Source: Acidobacteriaceae bacterium (GTDB taxonomy: Bacteria > Acidobacteriota > Terriglobia > Terriglobales > Acidobacteriaceae). Taken from it: a stretch of 35,666 nt of DNA. The stretch spans positions 1-35,666 of the forward strand of contig JBAUZR010000636.1 in the NCBI GenBank assembly GCA_049585375.1. The letters are read 5' to 3'. The notes below the pieces were generated by a model. That model was not told where the DNA came from. It did no database searches and saw nothing but the letters and a program-made list of their open reading frames with translations. The position numbers were made by a program, and so were the translations under genes. This document shows positions 25,279 to 33,692 of this stretch, piece after piece (position 1 is the stretch's first letter; the number at the start of each line of letters is the position of its first letter).

Positions 25279-26808
25279 ATGAAGCCTGCACGAATCTTGA
25301 CCGTAGCCGGAATCGGCTTGGCCATCGGTCTCCTCGCGCCCCTGTTCCTCGCACCCCCCGCCCGCGCCCAGCAGCCACGGCAGCCCGAAAACGTCTCCAT
25401 CGACGCCAACGCTCCCACCACCCCCTTCCCCCACTTCTGGGAGCAGATGTTCGGCTCCGGCCACGCCATCCTCGCCCTCCGCGAGTCGTGGCGCAACGAC
25501 CTCCGCGCCGTCAAAGGCGTCACCGACTTCCAGTGGGTTCGCTTCCACGGCATCCTCGACGGCGACGTCGGCATTTATACCCGCGACGAGCACGGCAACC
25601 CCATCTACAACTTCGCCTACGCCGACGAAATCTACGACGGCATGCTCGCCAACGGCGTCCGTCCCCTGGTCGAGCTCAGCTTCATGCCCGTCCCCATGGC
25701 CTTCAACCCCCTCGATCTCCACGTCTTCTGGTATCACCCCAACGTCTCGCCGCCCCGCAGCCTCGATGACTGGGACGCCCTCATCCGCACCTTCGCCCAG
25801 CACATGGTCGACCGCTATGGCATCGATGAAGTCTCGCAGTGGTACTTCGAAGTCTGGAATGAGCCCAACATCGACTTCTGGGGCGGCATCCCCCGCCAGC
25901 AGTCCTACTTCGAGCTCTATGCCCACACCGCCCGCGCCCTCAAGAGCGTCAGCCCCCGCCTCCGCGTTGGCGGACCCGCAACCGCAGCCGCCTCCTGGAT
26001 CCCCGAATTCCTCCAGTACGTCGCGCAGAATCACGTCCCCATCGACTTCGTCTCCACCCACGGCTATGCCGACGACACCGTCGAGAACCTCTTCCACAAC
26101 GACAAGCCCGTCCCCATGGACGACCGCGTCTGCGCCGCCGTCTCCAAAGTCCGAGGCCAGATCGACGCCTCCGCCCTGCCCCATCTGCCTCTCTTCTGGA
26201 CCGAGTGGAACGTCCAGGGCCAGGACGAATCCCGCGACACCACCTTCGTCGGCCCCGCCCTCGCCAACACCATCCGCGAATGCGACGGCAAGGTGAATGA
26301 AATGTCCTTCTGGACCTTCTCCGACGTCTTCCAGGAAGGCGGCCCCATCCCCAAACCCTTCGAGGGCCACTTCGGCCTCCGCGCCAAAGGCGGCATCGAC
26401 AAGCCCAGCTTCTACGGCTTTGCCTTACTGCACCACCTCGGCGACCAGCGCCTGCCCGCGTCCTCCGACGACGTAATCGCAACCAAAGCCCAGGACGGAT
26501 CCCTGCGCGTAGCCGCCTGGAACCTCGTCGATCCCGGCCAGTCCGGCCCCACCCGCACCATCACCCTCGACTTCCGCGGCGTCCCACCCGACGCTCGCGT
26601 CACCATCGCCACCGTCGACAAAGACCACGGCAACGTCCTGCCCAAATATCGTGCCATGGGCAGCCCCCTCGACCCCACGCCCAAACAAGTGAATGAGCTG
26701 AATCAGGAAACCGCGCTCCCCGCGCCAACCGAAACCCACCTGACCGCCGGCCACCTGAACCTAACCCTAACCCCCAACGCGCTGGATCTTGTGACGGTGG
26801 AGAAATAG
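25279..26808 (+). CDS. Secreted or anchored glycoside hydrolase family 39-like (TIM barrel plus beta-sandwich)
   Basis: Signal/anchor MKPARILTVAGIGLAIGLLAPLFLAPPARAQ. The blocks FPHFWE..FGSGHA...R..W...L......F..VRFHGI, YFEVWNEPNIDFWGG (acid/base Glu) and LFWTEWN (nucleophile Glu) follow the GH39 pattern. GAAGGAG SD. Confidence 0.8.
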   Translation: MKPARILTVAGIGLAIGLLAPLFLAPPARAQQPRQPENVSIDANAPTTPFPHFWEQMFGSGHAILALRESWRNDLRAVKGVTDFQWVRFHGILDGDVGIYTRDEHGNPIYNFAYADEIYDGMLANGVRPLVELSFMPVPMAFNPLDLHVFWYHPNVSPPRSLDDWDALIRTFAQHMVDRYGIDEVSQWYFEVWNEPNIDFWGGIPRQQSYFELYAHTARALKSVSPRLRVGGPATAAASWIPEFLQYVAQNHVPIDFVSTHGYADDTVENLFHNDKPVPMDDRVCAAVSKVRGQIDASALPHLPLFWTEWNVQGQDESRDTTFVGPALANTIRECDGKVNEMSFWTFSDVFQEGGPIPKPFEGHFGLRAKGGIDKPSFYGFALLHHLGDQRLPASSDDVIATKAQDGSLRVAAWNLVDPGQSGPTRTITLDFRGVPPDARVTIATVDKDHGNVLPKYRAMGSPLDPTPKQVNELNQETALPAPTETHLTAGHLNLTLTPNALDLVTVEK

Positions 26809-26871
26809 AAGAGGAACAAAGGTCATCCCGCGATCCGCCTTCTGGTGGGTCACCATCCACAGAGTCGTACC

Positions 26872-27984
26872 TTATCGCTGGATGGCCGCAGCGGCATGGC
26901 GAGAACCGGGGCTGGTCACGGACTCGCGCAAAATAAGGCGGGGCGGCAGAACGATGCTGCGAGGCCGCGTTTGTGCCCGCTCCATCGCCTCCTTCAGCAG
27001 TTTGAAAGCTTCCCGGCCCATCTCGTACAGCGGCGTGGCAACCGTGGACAGGCTGGGCTGCGAATACTCGGAGCTGTCAGTGCCATCGTAGCCAATCACC
27101 GAGATCTGCTCCGGAATGCGGATGCGATGTTCGGCGAGAAAACGCATTACGCCCAGCGAAGGAGCATCGCTGAAAACCATGATGGCCGTTGGCTTTTTCT
27201 TCAGCCGGTCCCAGAGCCGCGCACAGGCCTCATATCCTCCCTGGGCACTTAGCTCCGCGGATTCAATCAGATCGGTATCATCATCAAGGCCATAGTGGGA
27301 ACTGAACTGGCGAAACGCCTCGAGCCGCTGACGAATGGGAATCATATCCACGGCGCCGGTGATGTAAGCAACGCGAATATGCCCCAGCGACTTGAGAGCT
27401 TCCATCGCGAGGCGGATGCCTCCCTTGTTATCTATGGTGACCTGATGGAAGACAGGAGGAATGAGTTCGCGATTGAGCATCACCACCGGGAAGCCGAGGC
27501 GCTTGATCCCCTTCCAGAACGCGGGGAGCGGGCACGAAGGCGAGTCGAAGGGAGGAGCCGCAATAATGCCGGCCACCTTCAGGCTCATCATTTCGCGCAC
27601 GCGTGCAGCTGTATTGGCGCCGTTATAAGTCCCATTACTCAGTAAGACATGGAAATCAGAAGCCTGAGCAGCATCCTCGATCCCGCGAAAGACCTCCGCG
27701 TACACATGGTCCGCGGTGTTAGGAACGACCACCCCGATAAGACTCGACCGCCCCGTAGCCAGCGTGCGAGCCACCTGATCCGGTTCGTAACCAAGGCGCT
27801 TTGCCATGGCCGCGACCTTTTTCTTAGTGGCTTCGGAGATCCGCGCATGATCTCGCAGGGCGAGAGATATCGTCGTTCGGGAGAGACCAAGCTTCTCCCC
27901 GATATCCTGCAGGGTAACAGCGACGCCCTTTGCCGGCATCGCCGGACGCTGCTTCGTGCGCTGTGCCATGCCGGATTGTAGCAT
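26872..27984 (-). CDS. LacI-family transcriptional regulator
   Basis: HTH VTLQDIGEKLGLSRTTISLALRDHARISEATKKKVAAMAKRLGYEPDQVARTL, followed by a periplasmic-binding-protein-like sugar-binding core. Alternative starts are 27969 and 27939. Confidence 0.9.
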   Translation of the reverse strand: MLQSGMAQRTKQRPAMPAKGVAVTLQDIGEKLGLSRTTISLALRDHARISEATKKKVAAMAKRLGYEPDQVARTLATGRSSLIGVVVPNTADHVYAEVFRGIEDAAQASDFHVLLSNGTYNGANTAARVREMMSLKVAGIIAAPPFDSPSCPLPAFWKGIKRLGFPVVMLNRELIPPVFHQVTIDNKGGIRLAMEALKSLGHIRVAYITGAVDMIPIRQRLEAFRQFSSHYGLDDDTDLIESAELSAQGGYEACARLWDRLKKKPTAIMVFSDAPSLGVMRFLAEHRIRIPEQISVIGYDGTDSSEYSQPSLSTVATPLYEMGREAFKLLKEAMERAQTRPRSIVLPPRLILRESVTSPGSRHAAAAIQR

Positions 27985-28028
27985 GCAGGTTAAGCGATTC
28001 AGCCTCCCCGAATACCGCTCCAGCTTCC

Positions 28029-28994
28029 TTACAGACGCGCGTATTTGTGCAACGGGCTCCTGCGCCCAGGATCCATGCCGTGGCTGTAGGTCGCTGCGAC
28101 TTCGCCAACATATACGTTGCCGCGGGAGTCCACCGCGATCCCATGAGGAGCGAAGTAAAGGTCCGCTCCTTCCGGATCAGCCGAGCCCCACTCATTCAGA
28201 ATCTGCCCGTGGTCGTCGCGCACCGTAATCCGCGCCAGCGAGGCTCGCCGTTGCGCTCCATCAGATGTTCCCGTAAAGGCAGGCCCCAACTCCGTGATAT
28301 ATACATGTCCTTCAGCATCCATCGCCATCATGTTAGGGCGCCGTACGTCCCGCCACTCATGCAGGAATTCGCCCTCCGGAGAAAAGATCTGGATCCGGGA
28401 GTTTTCCCTGTCGGCCACACACACGCGCCCCTGCTGATCGATACAAACATCGTGAACCGTCCTGAACTGACCGGGACCGCTCCCCGGCTCTCCCCAGGAG
28501 AACAGAAGTCGGCCCGCAGGAGAAAAGACATGCACGCGGGCGTTGCCATAACCATCGGAAACATAGATCGTTCCGTCGCGAGAAACCGCCGCATCGGTGG
28601 GGAAATGGAAGGGCGGCAGCGTGTGCCGGATCGTCGCCGGATCGTTCCACACGAAACCATTTGTACCTCCAACATTGCCGGCGATGGTGAGGAGCAGTTT
28701 CCCGTCCGGTGTGAACTTGCGGACGCAGTGGTCCCGGTCGCCGACACAATAAACCGAGTCATCGCGATCGATAAAGATGCCGTGAGGGCGCTCGAACAGG
28801 CCTTCGCCCCATTGGGCGACCAGTTCTCCACCGGGGGAAAAAACACAAACGGGATGCTCGCAGCGGCTGAAGGTATAGACATAGTCCCGCGAATCCACCG
28901 CTACTCCGCAGACATCGCGCACGTTCCACTCCGGTGGAAATTCGCCCCAGGGCTCAATCGCCTCATACCGCAATTTCCCGCTGCCCAGCCTCAT
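28029..28994 (-). CDS. NHL-repeat six-bladed beta-propeller, peptidyl-alpha-hydroxyglycine alpha-amidating lyase (PAL)-like
   Basis: Repeated blade motifs RPHGIFIDRDDSVYCVGDRDHCVRKF, IYVSDGYGNARVHVFSP, FRTVHDVCIDQQGRVCVADRENSRIQIFSP and APHGIAVDSRGNVYVGE. They strongly resemble the PAL blocks (YVADGYCNSRI..F; VADRENGRIQ.F). No signal peptide. ATGA overlap with the upstream gene. Confidence 0.8.
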   Translation of the reverse strand: MRLGSGKLRYEAIEPWGEFPPEWNVRDVCGVAVDSRDYVYTFSRCEHPVCVFSPGGELVAQWGEGLFERPHGIFIDRDDSVYCVGDRDHCVRKFTPDGKLLLTIAGNVGGTNGFVWNDPATIRHTLPPFHFPTDAAVSRDGTIYVSDGYGNARVHVFSPAGRLLFSWGEPGSGPGQFRTVHDVCIDQQGRVCVADRENSRIQIFSPEGEFLHEWRDVRRPNMMAMDAEGHVYITELGPAFTGTSDGAQRRASLARITVRDDHGQILNEWGSADPEGADLYFAPHGIAVDSRGNVYVGEVAATYSHGMDPGRRSPLHKYARL

Positions 28995-29932
28995 GACCCC
29001 GTCTCCGCGCCATCCTCCTGGACATATTGGCGGCGGATGCGGCGGACTGTCTCGACATCCATCCAGTTCTCGAGATGATCGTAGAGGCTTCCATGCTGCT
29101 CAGCGAGCACGCTGGACCCACCCGCCGTGCGGGCCGCCTGCGCCGCCTGCCACATGGCATTTGCGGCCACCCCTATCAGCGTCGTCGGCTCAATGTACAT
29201 CTCGTATCCCATCTCATACAGCCGTTGCACCGACAGGTCCATGATGGCGTCGCTGTACTGCACGCGATCCACCGGAATCTTCGTGCCCAGAGTGCGAATG
29301 GTTATCAGCGGTCCCGGCACCTGCGACCGAAACCAGGCGGCCTGGTCGACCGTCCAGCAGATCGGAAACAAAGCATCCGCTCCGGCTCTCAGATACGCGT
29401 GCGCGCGGCTCAGCCAGTCGGCGCGCCGCTCCTCTTCGGTCTTGTGTACCGACGCCACATAGGTCCCCGGTCTTCCGATCACCATGAATTCCGGATCGTT
29501 CTTCTCGCCCGCCAGCGCACGGATCTTCGCGGCCGTAGCCTCTCGATCTTCCAGGTTCATGACGTGTGGCGGAATGAAAGGACACTTATAGGGCAGGCCG
29601 TAATCGTCGATATGAATCGCGGAGACTCCAGCCGCCTGGAGTTCTTTCATCCAGTGGACGGCGGCGTAGGGCTCGCCAAACCCCTGCTCGAAATCCACCA
29701 CGATAGGAAGATCGACGGCACGTCGGATCCCGCGGCAGACCCGCACCAGATCCTCCGGCCCGACCACGCCGATATCCGGCAGGCCATTCACGAAAGCCAT
29801 CTGCAGGCTCTGCACCCCGATCGCATCGAATCCGGCCTTCGCGATGATGCGGGCGGACAAAACGTCGTGAGCTCCCATAATCCAGATGGGCCGTCCACGA
29901 CCCAGCAGCCGGCGCAGTGACGGTGCGTTCAT
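28991..29932 (-). CDS. Isocitrate lyase/PEP mutase superfamily enzyme (divergent member)
   Basis: IMGAHDVLSARIIAKAGFDAIGV.S........GLPDIG.....DLV...R.I.RAVDLPIVVDFEQGFG and GVSAIHIDDYGLPYKCPF, then FMVIGRPG. This is the ICL/PEPM TIM-barrel pattern with an altered active-site loop. Confidence 0.85.
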   Translation of the reverse strand: MNAPSLRRLLGRGRPIWIMGAHDVLSARIIAKAGFDAIGVQSLQMAFVNGLPDIGVVGPEDLVRVCRGIRRAVDLPIVVDFEQGFGEPYAAVHWMKELQAAGVSAIHIDDYGLPYKCPFIPPHVMNLEDREATAAKIRALAGEKNDPEFMVIGRPGTYVASVHKTEEERRADWLSRAHAYLRAGADALFPICWTVDQAAWFRSQVPGPLITIRTLGTKIPVDRVQYSDAIMDLSVQRLYEMGYEMYIEPTTLIGVAANAMWQAAQAARTAGGSSVLAEQHGSLYDHLENWMDVETVRRIRRQYVQEDGAETGS

Positions 29933-30366
29933 TTTTCCTCGCTGGCGTTGCCCGCGTTGAGATTGGGCACGCGGTTCTCGTGTATGCGAATCAGTTCAAA
30001 CAGAATTCCTCCCGGAGATTCCAGGAAGGAGACGTCGCGGATGCCGAACCCTGCCTCGATGCGCTGCGGAGGCAGGATCTCCCGCGCCCCAGCCTGCAGA
30101 GCCCGCTGGCGCTGCCCGTCGAAGTCCCTGGCTTCGAAGACGACGTGACACAGCCCGGCGGAAATCTCCCGGCCCAGGCGGGCTTCATAAACCGCCGAGC
30201 TGAACAGGTGCAGGTACTTGTCTCCCCACTGCATCAGCACAACCCGGATCGCCCGATTGTCGACGGTCAGGACTTCGTCGAGTACCGCCGCACCACCCAG
30301 CTTCTGGAGAAATGCGACTTCGGAGTCCAGGTCCGGGACCTTCGCGCCCAGGGTCCAGACTTTCAT
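29929..30366 (-). CDS. VOC (glyoxalase/bleomycin-resistance/dioxygenase) family protein
   Basis: About 145 aa from the ATG at 30366: MKVWTLGAKVPDLDSEVAFLQKLGG......LCHVVFEARDFD......GFGIRDVSFLESPGGILFELI, a VOC-like beta-alpha-beta-beta-beta pattern. ATGA overlap with the downstream gene. Confidence 0.7.
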   Translation of the reverse strand: MKVWTLGAKVPDLDSEVAFLQKLGGAAVLDEVLTVDNRAIRVVLMQWGDKYLHLFSSAVYEARLGREISAGLCHVVFEARDFDGQRQRALQAGAREILPPQRIEAGFGIRDVSFLESPGGILFELIRIHENRVPNLNAGNASEEK

Positions 30367-30407
30367 TGATGTTCCTGAATCGGTCGGCATCTTCTCCTCC
30401 GGTCAGA

Positions 30408-31262
30408 TCAGCCTTTTCGGTTGGCCCTGGAGATGCTGTCGATGCCCAGCCGATGCAGGGCCTGAGCAACGATGGGCGCGCTCTGTCGCGTCGCCTCGAT
30501 GGGTGTGGGATTGCCGTACAGGTCCAGTGTCATGGTGCCGTCAAAACCGATTCCCACAAAAGCCCGGAGCAGTCCATCCAGGTCCATGCGGCCGGCTCCG
30601 GGTGCGAAGTGCAATTCCGAACTCTGCAGATCGGAGTCGGAAAAATGAATATGTCGGATACGCTGTCCGAGCCGGTGCACGGCCCGGATATAGTCGTCCG
30701 GCCGACCTACCCCGTAATGACAAAAGTCGAACGTGACGCCAAAGGACTGCGGGGGAAGCGAATCGCACAGGGCGACCAGCAACTCGTCCGACATGCCAAC
30801 CGTGAACGGATGTGGTTCAACCAGAAACCGCACTCCTTTGGGCGCCGAATAAGCGATGGCCCGCTGGAACAGATCGATCAGACGCGGCAACAGCCGGGTC
30901 ATGCAGTCGCTGTCGCTCGCCTCTCTGGGGCGAATCCCTTCCCACACCAGCACGTCTCGGGACCCGAGGCTCAGAGCGTAATCGACATCGGCGGTGAGTC
31001 CGCTCAGAGTCTGATCGAATTCTGCCTGCGTGCCGAAGGGGCGATAGTAATCCTCTCCCACCACATTCAGGCCCCCCATCGCCAGGCCTTTGGCGGCGGA
31101 GACCTGCACGAATGCCTCGCGCAACGCCGCAGTGCGGCAGCGGTGGAGATGCTGTTTCCACATCTCGACGCGGGTAAAGCCCAGGCCGGCCATAAGGTCC
31201 AGAACCGGCTCGAGCGGGTAGTCCTGGAAGGTGATGGAGCTGCCCCACATGGTGGTCACCAC
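30408..31262 (-). CDS. Sugar phosphate isomerase/epimerase (xylose isomerase-like TIM barrel, AP_endonuc_2 family)
   Basis: LDLMAGLGFTRVEMW...RFLVEPHP...TFDFCHY...IRHIHFSDSD...H..PG.G..D is the typical metal-ligand pattern of this family. Confidence 0.8.
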   Translation of the reverse strand: MVTTMWGSSITFQDYPLEPVLDLMAGLGFTRVEMWKQHLHRCRTAALREAFVQVSAAKGLAMGGLNVVGEDYYRPFGTQAEFDQTLSGLTADVDYALSLGSRDVLVWEGIRPREASDSDCMTRLLPRLIDLFQRAIAYSAPKGVRFLVEPHPFTVGMSDELLVALCDSLPPQSFGVTFDFCHYGVGRPDDYIRAVHRLGQRIRHIHFSDSDLQSSELHFAPGAGRMDLDGLLRAFVGIGFDGTMTLDLYGNPTPIEATRQSAPIVAQALHRLGIDSISRANRKG

Positions 31263-31279
31263 TCTCTCTCAGCGAAGCC

Positions 31280-31299
31280 GGCAATCGCAGCGGATTGCC
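31280..31299. promoter_or_regulatory. Inverted repeat GGCAATC-N6-GATTGCC in the divergent operon spacer (candidate operator)
   Basis: Read directly: 31280-31286 is the reverse complement of 31293-31299. It lies 18 nt upstream of the isomerase gene start. Confidence 0.3.
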
Positions 31300-31398
31300 C
31301 TCGGCTGAGGCTGACTGCGGACCACATTAACAGAACTGAAAGCGCTGTGGCGACTCGAAAGTGCGGGAAAAACGTCCATAGTTAACCGATAAACACAA

Positions 31399-31428
31399 TT
31401 GACGAACGTCACGGGGCTGGGGCACAAT
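31399..31428 (+). promoter_or_regulatory. Candidate sigma70-type promoter for the GH116 operon (TTGACG-N18-CACAAT)
   Basis: TTGACG at 31399-31404 and CACAAT at 31423-31428. The ATG is at 31437, which implies a very short or absent leader. The -35 overlaps the palindrome TGACG-AA-CGTCA (31400-31411). Confidence 0.3.
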
Positions 31429-31436
31429 GACTCGCC

Positions 31437-33692
31437 ATGGTATCCGGAGCTCGGCAAGCGGACGACAGCAGCTCGGGGCGGAGCCACTCTCATCCCCCAC
31501 TGCCAAAAGAACAATCGGCCATCGCCTCTGTCTTTCCCGATACCGTACCGGCCGGGCAGTGGACAGAATTTGCCGCCGACGGATTCACCGCCCCGGTCAG
31601 CGGCGTCGTTTTCGAAGGCGGAGAGCCTCAGACCGGCATTCCTCTGGGCGGCATTGGAACTGGCTGGGTTGATCTCAATACCGATGGTCTGCTTGGCCGC
31701 ACCAGCATCTTCAACAGCTTTGCGCCGCCGCGGACTCTCAACCTGCCTTTCCTCGGCGTCGCCGTCGCAGATGCGAGTTACTGCCTCACAACCGCCACCA
31801 TCCCCGGAACAAACACCTGCAGCCGGCTGCGCTACTGGGGGCACTACCCGGTCGCTGACCTCGAATACGAAACAGAAGCGCCACTGCGCATCGGTTTACG
31901 CGCCTGGGCCCCGTTCTTTCCCGGTGACGCGCCGCTTTCCAATTGCCCGGCGGTTCTGTTCAAGGTGCGACTCCGCAACCAGAGCCCATTCCGCCAGACA
32001 GTTGCCGTCGTGCTCACATTCCCGGGACCATCGCACGAAGAGTCTTGCGGACAAACCTGCACCCGGGCTCCCCTCCATACCGACGATCTCTCTGGTGTTG
32101 TCGTGCAGTGGCAGGGCGGCAGTTATGCTCTCGCATGCCCTGCGCGTACACCAGCGGCGACGGGCGGCTTCGTGGCGGATGAAGCATGGGCGAGGGTCGG
32201 CAGAGGACTTCCGGCCGGCGATCCATCCCACCCTGGCTCGAGCCTGCGCGCCGAACTCACTCTCGATCCCGGTACGGTGCAGGAGATCCCCTTCGTCCTG
32301 GCATGGCATGTGCCGCGCTGGGTGGGCAGCACCGCGCACAGCTACCGCCACGCTTACGCCGATCGCTTTACAGACGCAGCCGCAGCAGCTTCGGCCATCC
32401 TGCGTAGCCGCCGGCCCTGGCTGAACCGCATTCTCGCCTGGCAGCAGGAGATCTTTACGGAGACAGAATGTCCGGTATGGCTCCGCGACCAGCTCGTGAA
32501 CGTGCTGCATACCATCGCTCGCGATTCGTTTTGGGCGAGCGACTCGATTCCTCGTCAGAACTGGTATGGCGCGGGCGGACTCTTCGGCCTTACCGAAAGT
32601 CCCCGCACCACGCCGCATGTCTGCAATCCCAGCGACTGGTATGGCTGCCTGCCGATTGTCTTCTTCTTCCCCGAACTCATGGCGTCCCTGCTGCGCGCCT
32701 ACGTGCACTTCCAGTTGCCCACAGGGGAAATTCCTTTGGGAGTAGGGGACCGCGCGGACTTCGCCTGCCAGCCGGTCTACCAGATCATGCACCCGATGAA
32801 CAGCTGCGTTCATATCCACCTCATCGACCGCCTGTGGCAACGCGATGGCGATGCGCGCGTTCTGGAGGAGTTCTATCGCAGCGCCCGCCAGGCGCTGCGA
32901 TACATGCGGCAGCTGGTGGAAGGCGAACAGTCCGGTTTGCCGAAGCTGGATGCCGATCCCATTCCCAATCAGTTTTACGGAGACTGGCCGTGGTACGGAA
33001 CTTCGATCCATGTAGCAGGTTTCTGGCTCGCGGCGATCGCCATAGTGGCGCGTATGGCCGCCGCCATGCAGGATGCGGAGACAGAAGACCTGTGCCTCGA
33101 GTGGAGCCGCCGTGCATCGCAGGTGGTGGAAAAAACACTGTGGCATGAGACCTCCTATCGGCTTTACCGCGAAACCGATACCGGCCGCACTTCGGATACG
33201 GTGCTGGCGAATCAGCTCGTCGGCCAATGGTGTGCCCGCCTGCACAGTCTGGAGCGACTTCTGCCCGAAGATCGCACGCGCGCGGCGCTGCAGACAGTCC
33301 TCAGCGCCTGCGGCCGCCTCACGGCTGCTGGCTTACTGAATTCCGCGACGCGAGACGGAGAAATCGACGACTCGGGGGGCCGTCAGTCCAGCGGCATCTT
33401 TACCGGCGAATGCCTTGCGACCGCCGCCACGCTGATTTATGAGGGACGCCGGGACGATGGGCTGGAGATCGCCCGGCGCATGATGTACGCCATCGTCCTC
33501 AAAGACGCGGCCGGCTGGGAACTGCCGAACATCCTGGATGCGGAAGGAAAGGTTCTCCACGGCGACGACTTCTACCAGATGATGATCCTGTGGTCTCTTC
33601 CCCTGGCACTGCAGGGCCACGGGATTCGGGAAGCCTCTGCCCCAGGCAACCTGGTGAGCCGCATCCTCGCGTCCAGCGGAGAGCTGGAATGA
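31437..33692 (+). CDS. Glycoside hydrolase family 116-like (GBA2-type beta-glucosidase fold: N-terminal beta-sandwich plus (alpha/alpha)6 domain)
   Basis: The N-terminal signature GIPLGGIGTGWVDLNTDG..GRTSIFN is characteristic of Glyco_hydr_116N. RYWGHYPVADLEYE follows, then a large C-terminal alpha-helical domain. No signal peptide. Confidence 0.78.
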   Translation: MVSGARQADDSSSGRSHSHPPLPKEQSAIASVFPDTVPAGQWTEFAADGFTAPVSGVVFEGGEPQTGIPLGGIGTGWVDLNTDGLLGRTSIFNSFAPPRTLNLPFLGVAVADASYCLTTATIPGTNTCSRLRYWGHYPVADLEYETEAPLRIGLRAWAPFFPGDAPLSNCPAVLFKVRLRNQSPFRQTVAVVLTFPGPSHEESCGQTCTRAPLHTDDLSGVVVQWQGGSYALACPARTPAATGGFVADEAWARVGRGLPAGDPSHPGSSLRAELTLDPGTVQEIPFVLAWHVPRWVGSTAHSYRHAYADRFTDAAAAASAILRSRRPWLNRILAWQQEIFTETECPVWLRDQLVNVLHTIARDSFWASDSIPRQNWYGAGGLFGLTESPRTTPHVCNPSDWYGCLPIVFFFPELMASLLRAYVHFQLPTGEIPLGVGDRADFACQPVYQIMHPMNSCVHIHLIDRLWQRDGDARVLEEFYRSARQALRYMRQLVEGEQSGLPKLDADPIPNQFYGDWPWYGTSIHVAGFWLAAIAIVARMAAAMQDAETEDLCLEWSRRASQVVEKTLWHETSYRLYRETDTGRTSDTVLANQLVGQWCARLHSLERLLPEDRTRAALQTVLSACGRLTAAGLLNSATRDGEIDDSGGRQSSGIFTGECLATAATLIYEGRRDDGLEIARRMMYAIVLKDAAGWELPNILDAEGKVLHGDDFYQMMILWSLPLALQGHGIREASAPGNLVSRILASSGELE

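Noticed and set aside
27975-27995. GCATGC-centred sequence upstream of lacI, considered as an autoregulatory operator
   Set aside because: The palindrome is only 6 bp (GCATGC) and the flanks do not extend the symmetry. It may lie inside the lacI coding sequence, depending on the true start.
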